From assembly GCF_000195955.2 (NCBI RefSeq), contig NC_000962.3:2850001-2882000 (forward strand): DNA of 32,000 bases, given 5' to 3'. Shown here one piece after another: positions 1 to 8,726 of this stretch; position 1 is the stretch's first letter; each line of letters starts with the position of its first letter. The notes below the pieces were generated by a model that saw only the letters and a program-made list of their open reading frames with translations, had not been told where the DNA came from and ran no database searches. Position numbers and translations under genes: made by a program. The stretch comes from Mycobacterium tuberculosis H37Rv (GTDB lineage Bacteria > Actinomycetota > Actinomycetes > Mycobacteriales > Mycobacteriaceae).

Positions 1-574
1 ACGAGCCCAAGCCATCGTTGACGGCCCAGTCGATGGTTTTGGAGTTGGCGTACACGCCGGTCCGCTGGTGTCCGATCACCGACTCCCAGGACCGCAGATA
101 TGGCACGATCTGGTTCTTGTACTGCTCATATGATGGGTTGTCGTCGATCGAGGCGTAGATCGGGGCGCTCGTCGGGCCGCCGGCAGCGGCATGCAGCTCC
201 GACCCCCGTCTGGCGTGCTGCACGCCGGCGCTGGCACCGCCCAGCCAGTCGGCAGTGCTCCCCTTGCCGTATTGATAACAGGACACGATCTTGAGCCCAT
301 TGCCGCTCAGGTCACGGGCCTCGCTGAGCTGGATCGGCTTGCCAAGCATCCAGGCGCCGCCAGGCCGCCGATCGGACACGTACCGGATTGCCCCCACCGC
401 GCCGGCAGCCCTGATCTGGCTGGCGGGGATGACACCGGCGGCGTAGTCCAACAGGGTGCCCAGCGAACCGGCCGATGCCGGCGCGGCGCGCAACGACGAC
501 GCAACGACGCCAAGACCCAGCACGCCCGGAGTCGCCGCCGCGAATTTGAGCACATCACGCCGAGAGACCGACAT
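1..574 (-). CDS. Rv2525c-like Tat-exported DUF1906 (glycoside-hydrolase-like) protein; C-terminus runs off the window
   Basis: Reverse-strand translation from ATG at 574: MSVSRRDVLKFAAATPGVLGLGVVASSLRAAPASAG... (twin-arginine signal), then ...IYASIDDNPSYEQYKNQIVPYLRSWESVIGHQRTGVYANSKTIDWAVNDGLGS; open to the window edge. Confidence 0.9.
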   Translation of the reverse strand, partial: MSVSRRDVLKFAAATPGVLGLGVVASSLRAAPASAGSLGTLLDYAAGVIPASQIRAAGAVGAIRYVSDRRPGGAWMLGKPIQLSEARDLSGNGLKIVSCYQYGKGSTADWLGGASAGVQHARRGSELHAAAGGPTSAPIYASIDDNPSYEQYKNQIVPYLRSWESVIGHQRTGVYANSKTIDWAVNDGLGS

Positions 575-937
575 ATGCCACAGGGTACGACAAAAACAAC
601 AACTGTCACACTGGTTTCAGTGGTCACGGATGCATCACACTGGCAGAACACATGCATGCGGCCATACCGACACCGGTGCGGTCTCGGGCAGGCCGCCTCT
701 CCCTGCGACCACTACTACGGTGTGATCGCCTACGCTCCCAACGGCGCAATGGGCAAAATCGTCGCGCCACCGCACTCGAGGCCAGGCGGATATCGACGCA
801 TAAGAACTTTGCGGCGTCTTAGCTGCAAAGTGCTCAGCAACTTCACCAACTACCACGGGGGAGTCCGACGATCGCGCCCGCTGGCAGAACCTGGACGTGC
901 AACCAGTTGAGTAGTTCCCACACTGCGCGCCGAGCGT

Positions 938-1021
938 GGGCTGGCTGCGCCGAATGTGCACTGGTGGCGGCGACACGCCCGGGCGACGCCGCCGTGGTTG
1001 CACGTTCGGCGTAGGCAGCCC
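938..1021. repeat. Imperfect inverted repeat (arms 938-972 and 987-1021) around GCCCGGGC (977-984)
   Basis: Arm 1 gggctggctgcgccgaatgtgcactggtggcggcg versus reverse complement of arm 2 gggctgcctacgccgaacgtgcaaccacggcggcg; about 26 of 35 positions match by eye. Confidence 0.7.
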
Positions 1022-1090
1022 CGTGCGCTTGCCGGGCAGGTGTCCTCAAAGGTCCAACTAGACACACATATCAGACACTAGTATGTACAT

Positions 1091-1318
1091 ATGACCGTAA
1101 AGAGGACCACGATTGAGCTGGACGAAGATCTTGTGCGGGCAGCCCAGGCCGTCACCGGGGAAACATTGCGAGCGACGGTCGAGCGCGCGCTGCAGCAGCT
1201 GGTGGCCGCGGCTGCCGAGCAGGCCGCCGCGCGCCGGCGGCGGATCGTCGACCATCTCGCGCACGCCGGCACTCACGTGGACGCAGACGTGCTGCTCTCC
1301 GAGCAGGCGTGGCGATGA
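1091..1318 (+). CDS. vapB17: VapB17 family antitoxin (ribbon-helix-helix-like N-terminus)
   Basis: MTVKRTTIELDEDLVRAAQAVTGETLRATVERALQQLV...; stop overlaps the vapC17 start (ATGA). Confidence 0.92.
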   Translation: MTVKRTTIELDEDLVRAAQAVTGETLRATVERALQQLVAAAAEQAAARRRRIVDHLAHAGTHVDADVLLSEQAWR

Positions 1319-1716
1319 CCACCTGGATTCTGGACAAGAGTGCCCACGTGCGACTCGTGGCCGGCGCCACGCCGCCAGCCGGCATCGACCTCACCGACCT
1401 CGCCATCTGCGATATCGGCGAACTTGAATGGCTGTATTCAGCACGGTCAGCTACCGACTACGACAGCCAACAAACGTCACTGCGCGCCTATCAAATCCTT
1501 CGCGCACCCAGCGACATCTTTGACCGGGTTCGCCACCTTCAGCGCGACCTAGCCCACCACCGTGGGATGTGGCATCGAACGCCGCTTCCGGACCTATTCA
1601 TCGCCGAAACCGCGCTTCATCACCGGGCCGGCGTGTTGCACCACGACCGTGACTACAAACGAATTGCCGTCGTACGGCCTGGGTTTCAAGCATGCGAACT
1701 CTCTCGCGGGCGCTAG
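1315..1716 (+). CDS. vapC17: VapC17 PIN-domain ribonuclease toxin
   Basis: MTTWILDKSAHVRLVAG... with PIN-type acidic residues and ...LPDLFIAETALHHRAGVLHHDRDYKRIA; coupled to vapB17. Confidence 0.93.
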   Translation: MTTWILDKSAHVRLVAGATPPAGIDLTDLAICDIGELEWLYSARSATDYDSQQTSLRAYQILRAPSDIFDRVRHLQRDLAHHRGMWHRTPLPDLFIAETALHHRAGVLHHDRDYKRIAVVRPGFQACELSRGR

Positions 1717-1750
1717 CTTCGCCCGAATCCGTGAGCGGAGGCGATAATCC

Positions 1751-2671
1751 TTACAGGCCATCAAAAAAGTCCTCGTCGAGCCGTAAGAGTTCGACGGTCT
1801 GCACCGCCTGGACACCGACTCGATACCGCACGAGCAGCTCGGCCAGCCGAGCGCCGTCGATGAGTTCGATCCGGGCGTTGATCCGCTCAGCTTCCTCGCG
1901 GGCACCGCGGGAAAACGATGACGTGGTGATGTAGACGCCCCGGTCGCCCTGCTTGCCCAGGAGGGCGCCGGCGAACTCGTGGATCTTCGGCCGGCCAATC
2001 GTTTGGTCGACGGCGTATCGCTTGGCCTGCACGTAGATGCGGTCCAGCCCGAGCGGGTCCTGGCTGATGATTCCGTCGATGCCAGCGTCACCGGAGGCAC
2101 TCGTCCGTTCCACCGCGCCGGCTCGCCCGTAACCCATCGCCTCCAAAAGTCTGATAACCAGATCTTCAAACCCGGTGGGCGACAACGTGAGTGCCTTCTT
2201 CAGGATCTCCCCCTCGACGGCTGCCCGGTTCTCCGCAAGCGCAGCGTCGATGAGATCCTCGGGTGAGACCTGCACATCGTCCCCGGACGGTCGCTTGGCG
2301 GTCGCGTCGACTGGCTGCTTGGCTTTGGTTCGCTCACGAAAAGCGATGTACGACGGGAACTCCCGCAGCACAGCCATGTCGACGCGCTCGGGATGCGCCT
2401 TCAGGACTTGACGGCCCGTGTCCGTGACCTGGACGTGGCCCCGCGTGGGACGGTCGAGCAATCCGGCCTGCGACATGTGAGTGAGAGACCAGTGCACCCT
2501 GTCGTACATGGTCCTTTGCCGACCGCTGGGCAACATCTGCGCCCGCTCGTCGTCGGACAGACCGAACTCGTCGGACATCGCCGCGATGACGTCCTTGGCC
2601 GACTTCGCTTGTCCATCGGCAAGATACGCGAGAATCGGCCGCATCAACGTCTGGGCATCAGGGATCGTCAT
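1751..2671 (-). CDS. mrr: Mrr-family restriction endonuclease (Rv2528c-like)
   Basis: 306 aa; N-terminal winged-helix-like region and C-terminal PD-(D/E)XK-type core: GFEDLVIRLLEAMGYG...SGDAGIDGIISQDPLGLDRIYVQAKRY...GRPKIHEFAGAL. Confidence 0.93.
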   Translation of the reverse strand: MTIPDAQTLMRPILAYLADGQAKSAKDVIAAMSDEFGLSDDERAQMLPSGRQRTMYDRVHWSLTHMSQAGLLDRPTRGHVQVTDTGRQVLKAHPERVDMAVLREFPSYIAFRERTKAKQPVDATAKRPSGDDVQVSPEDLIDAALAENRAAVEGEILKKALTLSPTGFEDLVIRLLEAMGYGRAGAVERTSASGDAGIDGIISQDPLGLDRIYVQAKRYAVDQTIGRPKIHEFAGALLGKQGDRGVYITTSSFSRGAREEAERINARIELIDGARLAELLVRYRVGVQAVQTVELLRLDEDFFDGL

Positions 2672-3011
2672 GGGGAGCCATTATCCAGCTGGCTTGTCAG
2701 CCCTCCGAACCGGCCAAGTTGGGTAAGTCCATCCGGGGCTCCGTGTTCTGACAGGCCCGCTGCAGGCGTCGCATCTTCCTCATCTGCCCCACGTGTACCC
2801 GGTCCCGCCGACCTAAAAGGTCGGCATATCCCTGCCATGCCGGGACGCGTGAGGCGGGTGAGACACAAGGGAACGTGCACCTCGCGCACCGGGTCGCCAG
2901 CAGCCGCGACACGCCGTCGTCCAGTGCCACACCGAATGCGGTGTCGGGCTCGGCGTCAAACGCTGCCGATCGGCCTTGCCTCGTCAGGCCGCCGACAGCA
3001 CCGCCCTGGGC

Positions 3012-3263
3012 TCACGGTCCGCGGCTCCGCCGGGATCCGACCGGCGGCGGCTCAACCCCCTCGATCGTCTTGAGCCGGTCGACAGACCGATCGAAAGACG
3101 GCCACCGGATCGTCCCGGCAGGGGCGAGGAAGTCCGGCGTCCGAGCAAGCACCGGGCGATTGCCCTCAACGCGGAAGACAACCCGATCACCCGATTGCAG
3201 GCCGAGCGCGTCGCGCACCGCTTTCGGAACCGTCACCTGCCCCTTCGACGTGACGATGGGTTC
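3012..3263 (-). pseudogene. Decayed or orphan AbrB/SpoVT-type (MazE-like) antitoxin antisense to the annotated Rv2529 N-terminus
   Basis: Minus-strand reading: ...[54 protein letters not shown]...; in-frame TGA just upstream and no ATG before the swapped-hairpin motif; only GTG at 3236 is usable. Confidence 0.75.
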
Positions 3264-3315
3264 GTCGGAGTGCCTGCTTCACCGTTGCCGTACGCCGCCC
3301 GTACCCTCACACTCT

Positions 3316-4266
3316 GTGGAGCTGCTCGTCGCCGCCAACCCCGCTGAAGACTCGCGCCTGCCCTACCTGATCCGGCTGCCGGTGGGCGCGGGACTGGTCT
3401 TCGCCACCTCAGACGTGTGGCCGCGCACCAAGGCGCTGTATTGCCATCGCCTCGACATCGCCGACTGGCCCGCCGACCCCGTCGTCGTCGACCGGGTCGA
3501 GCTACGCAGCTGCAGCCGCCGGGGCGCGGCCATCGACGTCGTCGCCGCCCGCGCGCGGGAGAACCGATCGCAACTGGTGCACACCATGGCGCGCGGCCGC
3601 CAGGTGGTGTTCTGGCAGAGCCCCAAAACGCGCAAACAGTCGCGGCCGGGCGTGCGCACCCCCACCGCCCGCGCCGCCGGCATCCCCGAGCTGCACATCG
3701 TCGTCGACGCCCACGAACGCTACCCCTACACCTTTGCCGACAAACCCGCGAAGACGACGCGGGAAGCCCTGCCCTGCGGCGACTACGGCCTGAAAGTGGC
3801 CGGCCAACTCGTGGCGGCCGTCGAGCGTAAAGCGTTGGCGGACCTTACTTCTGGCGTGCTGAACGGCAACCTGAAATACCAACTGACCGAACTGGCCGCG
3901 CTGCCACGGGCCGCCGTGGTGGTCGAGGACCGCTACTCGGAGATCTTCGCGCACTCCTTCGCCCGCCCGACGGCGATCGCCGATGGGCTGGCCGAATTGC
4001 AGATCGGCTTTCCCAACGTGCCGATCGTGTTCTGCCAAACCCGCAAGCTCGCCCAGGAATACACCTACCGCTATCTAGCCGCCGCCCTCACCTGGTTCGT
4101 CGACGATGCCGACGCCACCACGGTTTTCGAGCCGGCTGCCGCCGAGCCCGAGCCCAGCAGCGCCGAGCTGCGCGCGTGGGCCAAAAGCGTCGGCCTGCCG
4201 GTGTCCGACCGGGGGCGCCTGCGCCCGCAGATCCTGCAGGCCTGGCGAGCCGCCCATCCCCGGTGA
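3316..4266 (+). CDS. Rv2529-like protein with ERCC4-type nuclease domain and Lsr2-like C-terminal motif; annotated start likely 2875, proposed start GTG 3316
   Basis: VELLVAANPAEDSRLPYLIRLPVG...HIVVDAHERYPYTFA...LPCGDYGL...AAVERKALADLTSGVL...AVVVEDRYSE...; C-terminus SSAELRAWAKSVGLPVSDRGRLRPQILQAWRAAHP. Confidence 0.85.
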   Translation: MELLVAANPAEDSRLPYLIRLPVGAGLVFATSDVWPRTKALYCHRLDIADWPADPVVVDRVELRSCSRRGAAIDVVAARARENRSQLVHTMARGRQVVFWQSPKTRKQSRPGVRTPTARAAGIPELHIVVDAHERYPYTFADKPAKTTREALPCGDYGLKVAGQLVAAVERKALADLTSGVLNGNLKYQLTELAALPRAAVVVEDRYSEIFAHSFARPTAIADGLAELQIGFPNVPIVFCQTRKLAQEYTYRYLAAALTWFVDDADATTVFEPAAAEPEPSSAELRAWAKSVGLPVSDRGRLRPQILQAWRAAHPR

Positions 4267-4686
4267 CTACAACACCTCGACGAGGCCTGCGGATGCTGAA
4301 TCGGCCAGTGCGGCATCGAATGTGACCAACCGGCCCCCGTAGCGCGCGGCCAAGGCGATGAGATGGCAGTCGGTGACCCGACGGTGGTTGGACACCGCAT
4401 CGCGATCGCCGGCGCTCCCAACGATCAGTGGCACATCGTCAGGCCAAAACGTGTGCCCGGCAAGAGAAGTCATCGCCGCCAACTGAGCGATCGCGATAGC
4501 CGGCGTGGTCGACACCTGCATCACACTGCGATTGCTTGAAATTCGGACATACCCTGCCTCGGTGATCGGCGTGGTGGCCCACCCATTCGAGGAGAACTGC
4601 GTGAACCATCGCTGCGCGGCCGCATGGTGAACGTGATTCGGCCAGCCCAGCGCGATCAGCACATTGACATCGAGCAGTGCCGTCAC
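4267..4686 (-). CDS. vapC39: VapC39 PIN-domain toxin
   Basis: MTALLDVNVLIALGWPNHVHHAAAQRWF...RVTDCHLIALAARYGGRLVTFD; PIN acidic residues present. Confidence 0.95.
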   Translation of the reverse strand: MTALLDVNVLIALGWPNHVHHAAAQRWFTQFSSNGWATTPITEAGYVRISSNRSVMQVSTTPAIAIAQLAAMTSLAGHTFWPDDVPLIVGSAGDRDAVSNHRRVTDCHLIALAARYGGRLVTFDAALADSASAGLVEVL

Positions 4687-4907
4687 ACGTCGTCCTCGAG
4701 CGCGCGGACGACATCCTCGGAAGTCACCGTCGGCGCATCCGGCGGAACATCAAAAACCGGAAATCCGTCAACCTCGACAATCCCAACCGGACGGAGCGAC
4801 CTACGCGCCAACTCAGAAATTACCGCGCCGACTGACTTGCCCTCCGACCGCGCGATGCTACGAGCATCTTCTAGAACATCATCATCAATCTGCAACGTGG
4901 TGCGCAT
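4683..4907 (-). CDS. vapB39: VapB39 antitoxin
   Basis: MRTTLQIDDDVLEDARSIARSEGKSVGAVISELARRSL...; overlaps the vapC39 start by 4 nt. Confidence 0.95.
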   Translation of the reverse strand: MRTTLQIDDDVLEDARSIARSEGKSVGAVISELARRSLRPVGIVEVDGFPVFDVPPDAPTVTSEDVVRALEDDV

Positions 4908-4937
4908 AGCATCATGTTACGGGGCTTGGGCCAGCTT

Positions 4938-7781
4938 TCACGCGTCTTCGGCGACCCCCTGCAGCACACTGTCGCCGTTGACGGTGCCATTCAAAGCCGA
5001 AGCGTCCCGCGGTACCTCGAAGGCCGGCAGCGCGGCACCTACCGTGGCGACGGCGTTGCGCGCGGCCTCCATCCGGGCCAATGCCGCCTGGGTGAACACC
5101 GACAACCCCAGGTCGGGGTTGTATCCGTGGATCTCTTTGACGTCGAGCTGGGCAAGAAAGTAGATGATCTCCTTGGAAACCAGTTGACCCGGCACCAGTA
5201 CCGGGAAGCCGGGCGGGTAGGGCACCACGAACGTGGTGGATACCAGAGTCTTGCCCTCAGCCAGCCGGCGCCCGGCCAAGCCGATCTGCACGTACTCACG
5301 GTCGGCCTCTTCGTAGCCGGCGTAGAAAGCCGACCGCATGTCACCGAAAGAGCTGGCGTCGTCGGGGCGGAAGGCAAGGTCGAACTCGCTGAAATCTGGT
5401 AGATGCGGCAGATCCTGCGTGATCTCCTCGACGTGGCGTCGGTGTAGAGCAAGGTCGGCCCCGCTGGCCGCCTTCTGGCTGCGGTCCAGATCGATCGCCA
5501 CCCGACGCAACACATCGAGCAGATAGTGCACGCTCGACCAGGTGACGCCGATCGTGAAGATCAGCAACACGCTGTTGATAGACGTTTTGTTGATCTGGAT
5601 GCCGAATCGCTCCATCAGGATCTTCTCGCGGAAGTCGTACCCGTTCATCCCGGTCGCCCCGATAAACAGGGTGAGCCGCGTCGGATCGAGCACGAATTGA
5701 TCGGACCGCCAGGCTTCGTTCCAATCGGCCAGAGCCCCCTGCCTGACCTGACGGTACGAGCTGACCGTCGAGGACCGAAAGGCATCGGGAACCAGGTCGG
5801 ACTCGTCAAGGATGCGGAACCACTTGCTGATCAGCCGGTCTTTGCGGACGCGATGGCGGAACACCAGCGCCATGTTGTAAACATGGCGGACCAGCTCGAA
5901 CCCTTCGATGTCAACCTGTCGGCGCGCCAAGTCCAACGAGGCGAGAAGTTGCTGGTTGGGCGAGGTCGAGGTGTGGGTCAAGAATGCCTCACCGAACGCG
6001 TCCCGGGTGAGCGCTTTGAAATCCTGGTCGCGCACGTGGATCATCGATGCCTGCCGTAGCGCGGACAGCGACTTGTGAGTCGAATGCGTCGCATACACTC
6101 GGACCCGAGCGCGGTTGGGGTCTGGCAACAGCCGGTGATCAACCCACTCGGAGCGGTCCACTCCGTCCATCGACGCACACCAATTCCGGTATTCCTCAGC
6201 GTATTCCGCAGTGGACAACATCTGCTCGAGTCGCTCGGCAGCAATCATCGCGGTCCGCTGCCGGGCCCAGGGCACCGCCGTCGCAAACGCATACCACGCC
6301 TCGTCCCACAAAAAGCAGATGTCCGGTTTGATCGCTAGCACCTCCTCCATCACCCGGCGCGGGTTGTACACCACGCCGTCAAACGTGCAGTTGGTGAGCA
6401 ACAGCATGCGCACCCGGTGCAGCTGTCCGGCGGCCTCGAGGTCCAGCAGCGCCTGCTTGATGGTGCGCAACGGCACGGCACCATAAATCGCGTACTGCGG
6501 CAGCGGATATGCGTCGAGGTACATCGGGTACGCGCCGGCAAGTACCAGGCCGTAGTGGTGCGACTTGTGGCAATTGCGGTCGATGAGCACGATGTCGCCG
6601 GGGCGGGTCAGGGCCTGCACGACGATCTTGTTGGCGGTCGATGTTCCGTTGGTGACGAAGTAGGTCTGGTTGGCGTTCCAGGTCACCGCGGCTTTGTCCA
6701 TCGCCGTCTTGATGTTGCCATGCGGGTCCAGCAGCGAGTCCAGTCCACCAGAGGTTGTCGAGGTCTCGGCCATGAAGATGTTGCGGCCGTAGAACTCGCC
6801 CATGTCGTGCAGTGACTTGGAGTTGAAGATGCTGGCGCCGCGCGCGACGGGAAGGGCATGAAATTGGCCGACCGGCGCCGCCGCATAGGCCCGCAGCGCA
6901 TCGAAAAACGGTGTGGCATAACGGTTTCGTAAACCCGCGAGCACCGTGCTGTGCAGGTCGGTGACGTCGTTGAGCCGGTAGAAGGTGCGGTCGTAGACGT
7001 CGGGCTCGTCCTGGGTCTCGGCGGCGATCGACTCGTCGGTGAGCAGATAGAGGTCGATGTGGGGCCGCAACTCACGGATCCACTCGGCGCATTCCACCCA
7101 GTCGTGGGTCTCGTTTGCCACCGCTTCGTCGCCATCGGTGCCCAGCAGCGTGGTCATCAGCGGCACCCGGTCGCGGGACCGCAGCGGCAGGTCGTGACGG
7201 ATGATCGCCGCCTGAATCTCGCCATTCAGCGCCACCGCGGTGATGGCATCTTCGATGCTGGCCACCACGAGCAACTCGAACTGCACCTCGTCGGCCGGAT
7301 TGCGCAACTGCCGCAGGCACTCGGCCAAGCTGTCCGGAGCCGTCGCCGGGGAGTCGTCGGCGAGCAGCACGGTGTAGAACTGCTGCTGTTTGGCCTGCGC
7401 TACCAGCTCCTGCTCCGCCAGTGACGCGGAGGTGTCGAACAGCGCTGTGCGGTCGCCGTATTCGGACAGCAGTCGTACGGCCAACGACACTTCCTCGGTA
7501 AGCCGCACCGTGGAATGACTATCCAGATGAGCGCGGAAAGTCGCCAGATTCTGTGCCCCCGGATACAGCCAGTACCGCTCATAGGCGCCGATGCGGTCCA
7601 TCAGCCGCTTCGCCCGAGCCACGTCGTGTGTGGTGTCGAGCCCGGCGAGGTCGACCTCCGCCAGGTGACGACACGCGTCATCGAGCAGGTTCCAGGTGTC
7701 CAGGCGGGTGTAGGACGGGTTGGCCACCGCGGCCAGCGCGGAGACATGCAGCCGTCGCGGGCGGACGCTGTTTGGGTTCAT
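4938..7781 (-). CDS. PLP-dependent Orn/Lys/Arg decarboxylase family protein (Rv2531c-like, 947 aa)
   Basis: PLP-lysine motif ...YATHSTHKSLSALRQASMIHVRD... and ...ETSTTSGGLDSLLDPHGNIKTAMDKAA...; start chosen at ATG 7781 (MNPNSVRPRRLHV). Confidence 0.92.
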   Translation of the reverse strand: MNPNSVRPRRLHVSALAAVANPSYTRLDTWNLLDDACRHLAEVDLAGLDTTHDVARAKRLMDRIGAYERYWLYPGAQNLATFRAHLDSHSTVRLTEEVSLAVRLLSEYGDRTALFDTSASLAEQELVAQAKQQQFYTVLLADDSPATAPDSLAECLRQLRNPADEVQFELLVVASIEDAITAVALNGEIQAAIIRHDLPLRSRDRVPLMTTLLGTDGDEAVANETHDWVECAEWIRELRPHIDLYLLTDESIAAETQDEPDVYDRTFYRLNDVTDLHSTVLAGLRNRYATPFFDALRAYAAAPVGQFHALPVARGASIFNSKSLHDMGEFYGRNIFMAETSTTSGGLDSLLDPHGNIKTAMDKAAVTWNANQTYFVTNGTSTANKIVVQALTRPGDIVLIDRNCHKSHHYGLVLAGAYPMYLDAYPLPQYAIYGAVPLRTIKQALLDLEAAGQLHRVRMLLLTNCTFDGVVYNPRRVMEEVLAIKPDICFLWDEAWYAFATAVPWARQRTAMIAAERLEQMLSTAEYAEEYRNWCASMDGVDRSEWVDHRLLPDPNRARVRVYATHSTHKSLSALRQASMIHVRDQDFKALTRDAFGEAFLTHTSTSPNQQLLASLDLARRQVDIEGFELVRHVYNMALVFRHRVRKDRLISKWFRILDESDLVPDAFRSSTVSSYRQVRQGALADWNEAWRSDQFVLDPTRLTLFIGATGMNGYDFREKILMERFGIQINKTSINSVLLIFTIGVTWSSVHYLLDVLRRVAIDLDRSQKAASGADLALHRRHVEEITQDLPHLPDFSEFDLAFRPDDASSFGDMRSAFYAGYEEADREYVQIGLAGRRLAEGKTLVSTTFVVPYPPGFPVLVPGQLVSKEIIYFLAQLDVKEIHGYNPDLGLSVFTQAALARMEAARNAVATVGAALPAFEVPRDASALNGTVNGDSVLQGVAEDA

Positions 7782-7852
7782 GTCGTCACCTGTTCTCTGG
7801 TGCGGGTAGCGCCGTAGAGTGCAACCAGGCAATTATCGCGCGCAGGACCGGG

Positions 7853-8254
7853 TCAGTCAGCTAAGTCGTCGCTGTCCGCGATCCGCCGATTAGCCCGATT
7901 CCCGGAGTTGTCCACCCAGCGCAGCACCGGCAGCTGCGAAAGCTCCCGGCGGCGTGCCGGCAGATCGGTGACGTCACCCAGCGAGCGCACCACGGCCTGC
8001 GTCAGGCCCATGATGGCGGCCATCACCGGTAGCAGCGGCTGCAACGGCTTTGCCGCCGTGCGAACAGTGCTGATGCGGCGTGCCAAGATCAGGCGTTCGA
8101 TCGCGTGATACAGCCAGGCGCCGACACCCAGCGCGTAGATCGACATTGCCGAGGCGACAATGGTCAGCCCGTAGGCGGCGCACACCACGGCACCGAGCAC
8201 CACCGTCGCAGCCAGGACGGCCGCGACCACGACGCGCAGCTCGAGCCGGGTCAT
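7853..8254 (-). CDS. Small membrane protein (Rv2532c-like)
   Basis: [50 protein letters not shown]..., 133 aa, two hydrophobic stretches; overlaps the nusB stop. Confidence 0.85.
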   Translation of the reverse strand: MTRLELRVVVAAVLAATVVLGAVVCAAYGLTIVASAMSIYALGVGAWLYHAIERLILARRISTVRTAAKPLQPLLPVMAAIMGLTQAVVRSLGDVTDLPARRRELSQLPVLRWVDNSGNRANRRIADSDDLAD

Positions 8255-8724
8255 CACGCCCCCCCACGCACCGCTTGAGCGGCCGCACGCAGCTGCGGGG
8301 TCACCAGCATGACCTGGCCCAGCACCCCGTTGACAAAGCCCGGCGAGTCGTCGGTCGACAGCTCCTTGGCCAGCTGGACGGCCTCGTCGACGACCACCGG
8401 CTCCGGCACATCCGCCGCGTGGAGCAGCTCCCATACCGAGACGCGCAGAATGGCGCGATCCACGGCGGGCAACCGGTCCAGCGTCCAGCCCCGCAGATGC
8501 GCGGTGATCAGGTCGTCGATGTGGGCGGCGTGTTCACTGACCCCTCGAGCCACCGCGGCCGTGTACGGATGTAGCCGGGCAATGTCGGGCTTCGCTTCGG
8601 CCAGCGCGGCACGGGTGTCGACCACCTCGGCCGCGCTGATGCCGCGGACCTCGGCCTCGAACAGCAGGGCCACCGCGCGCTTACGGGCCTGATGTCGTCC
8701 GCGAACCGGCTTTCTGTCCGACAT
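8254..8724 (-). CDS. nusB: Transcription antitermination factor NusB
   Basis: [28 protein letters not shown]...[19 protein letters not shown]-type motif...GFVNGVLG. Confidence 0.97.
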
Positions 8725-8726
8725 CG

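Noticed and set aside
191-910. Plus-strand 239-aa ORF overlapping Rv2525c and the intergenic gap
   Set aside because: Antisense to the Tat-signal gene over most of its length and shows no recognisable domain.
2875-3315. Plus-strand N-terminal ~147 codons of the 463-aa Rv2529 ORF
   Set aside because: Arg/Ser/Pro-rich with no domain, antisense to a convincing AbrB-like sequence; treated as probable over-annotation, not confirmed.
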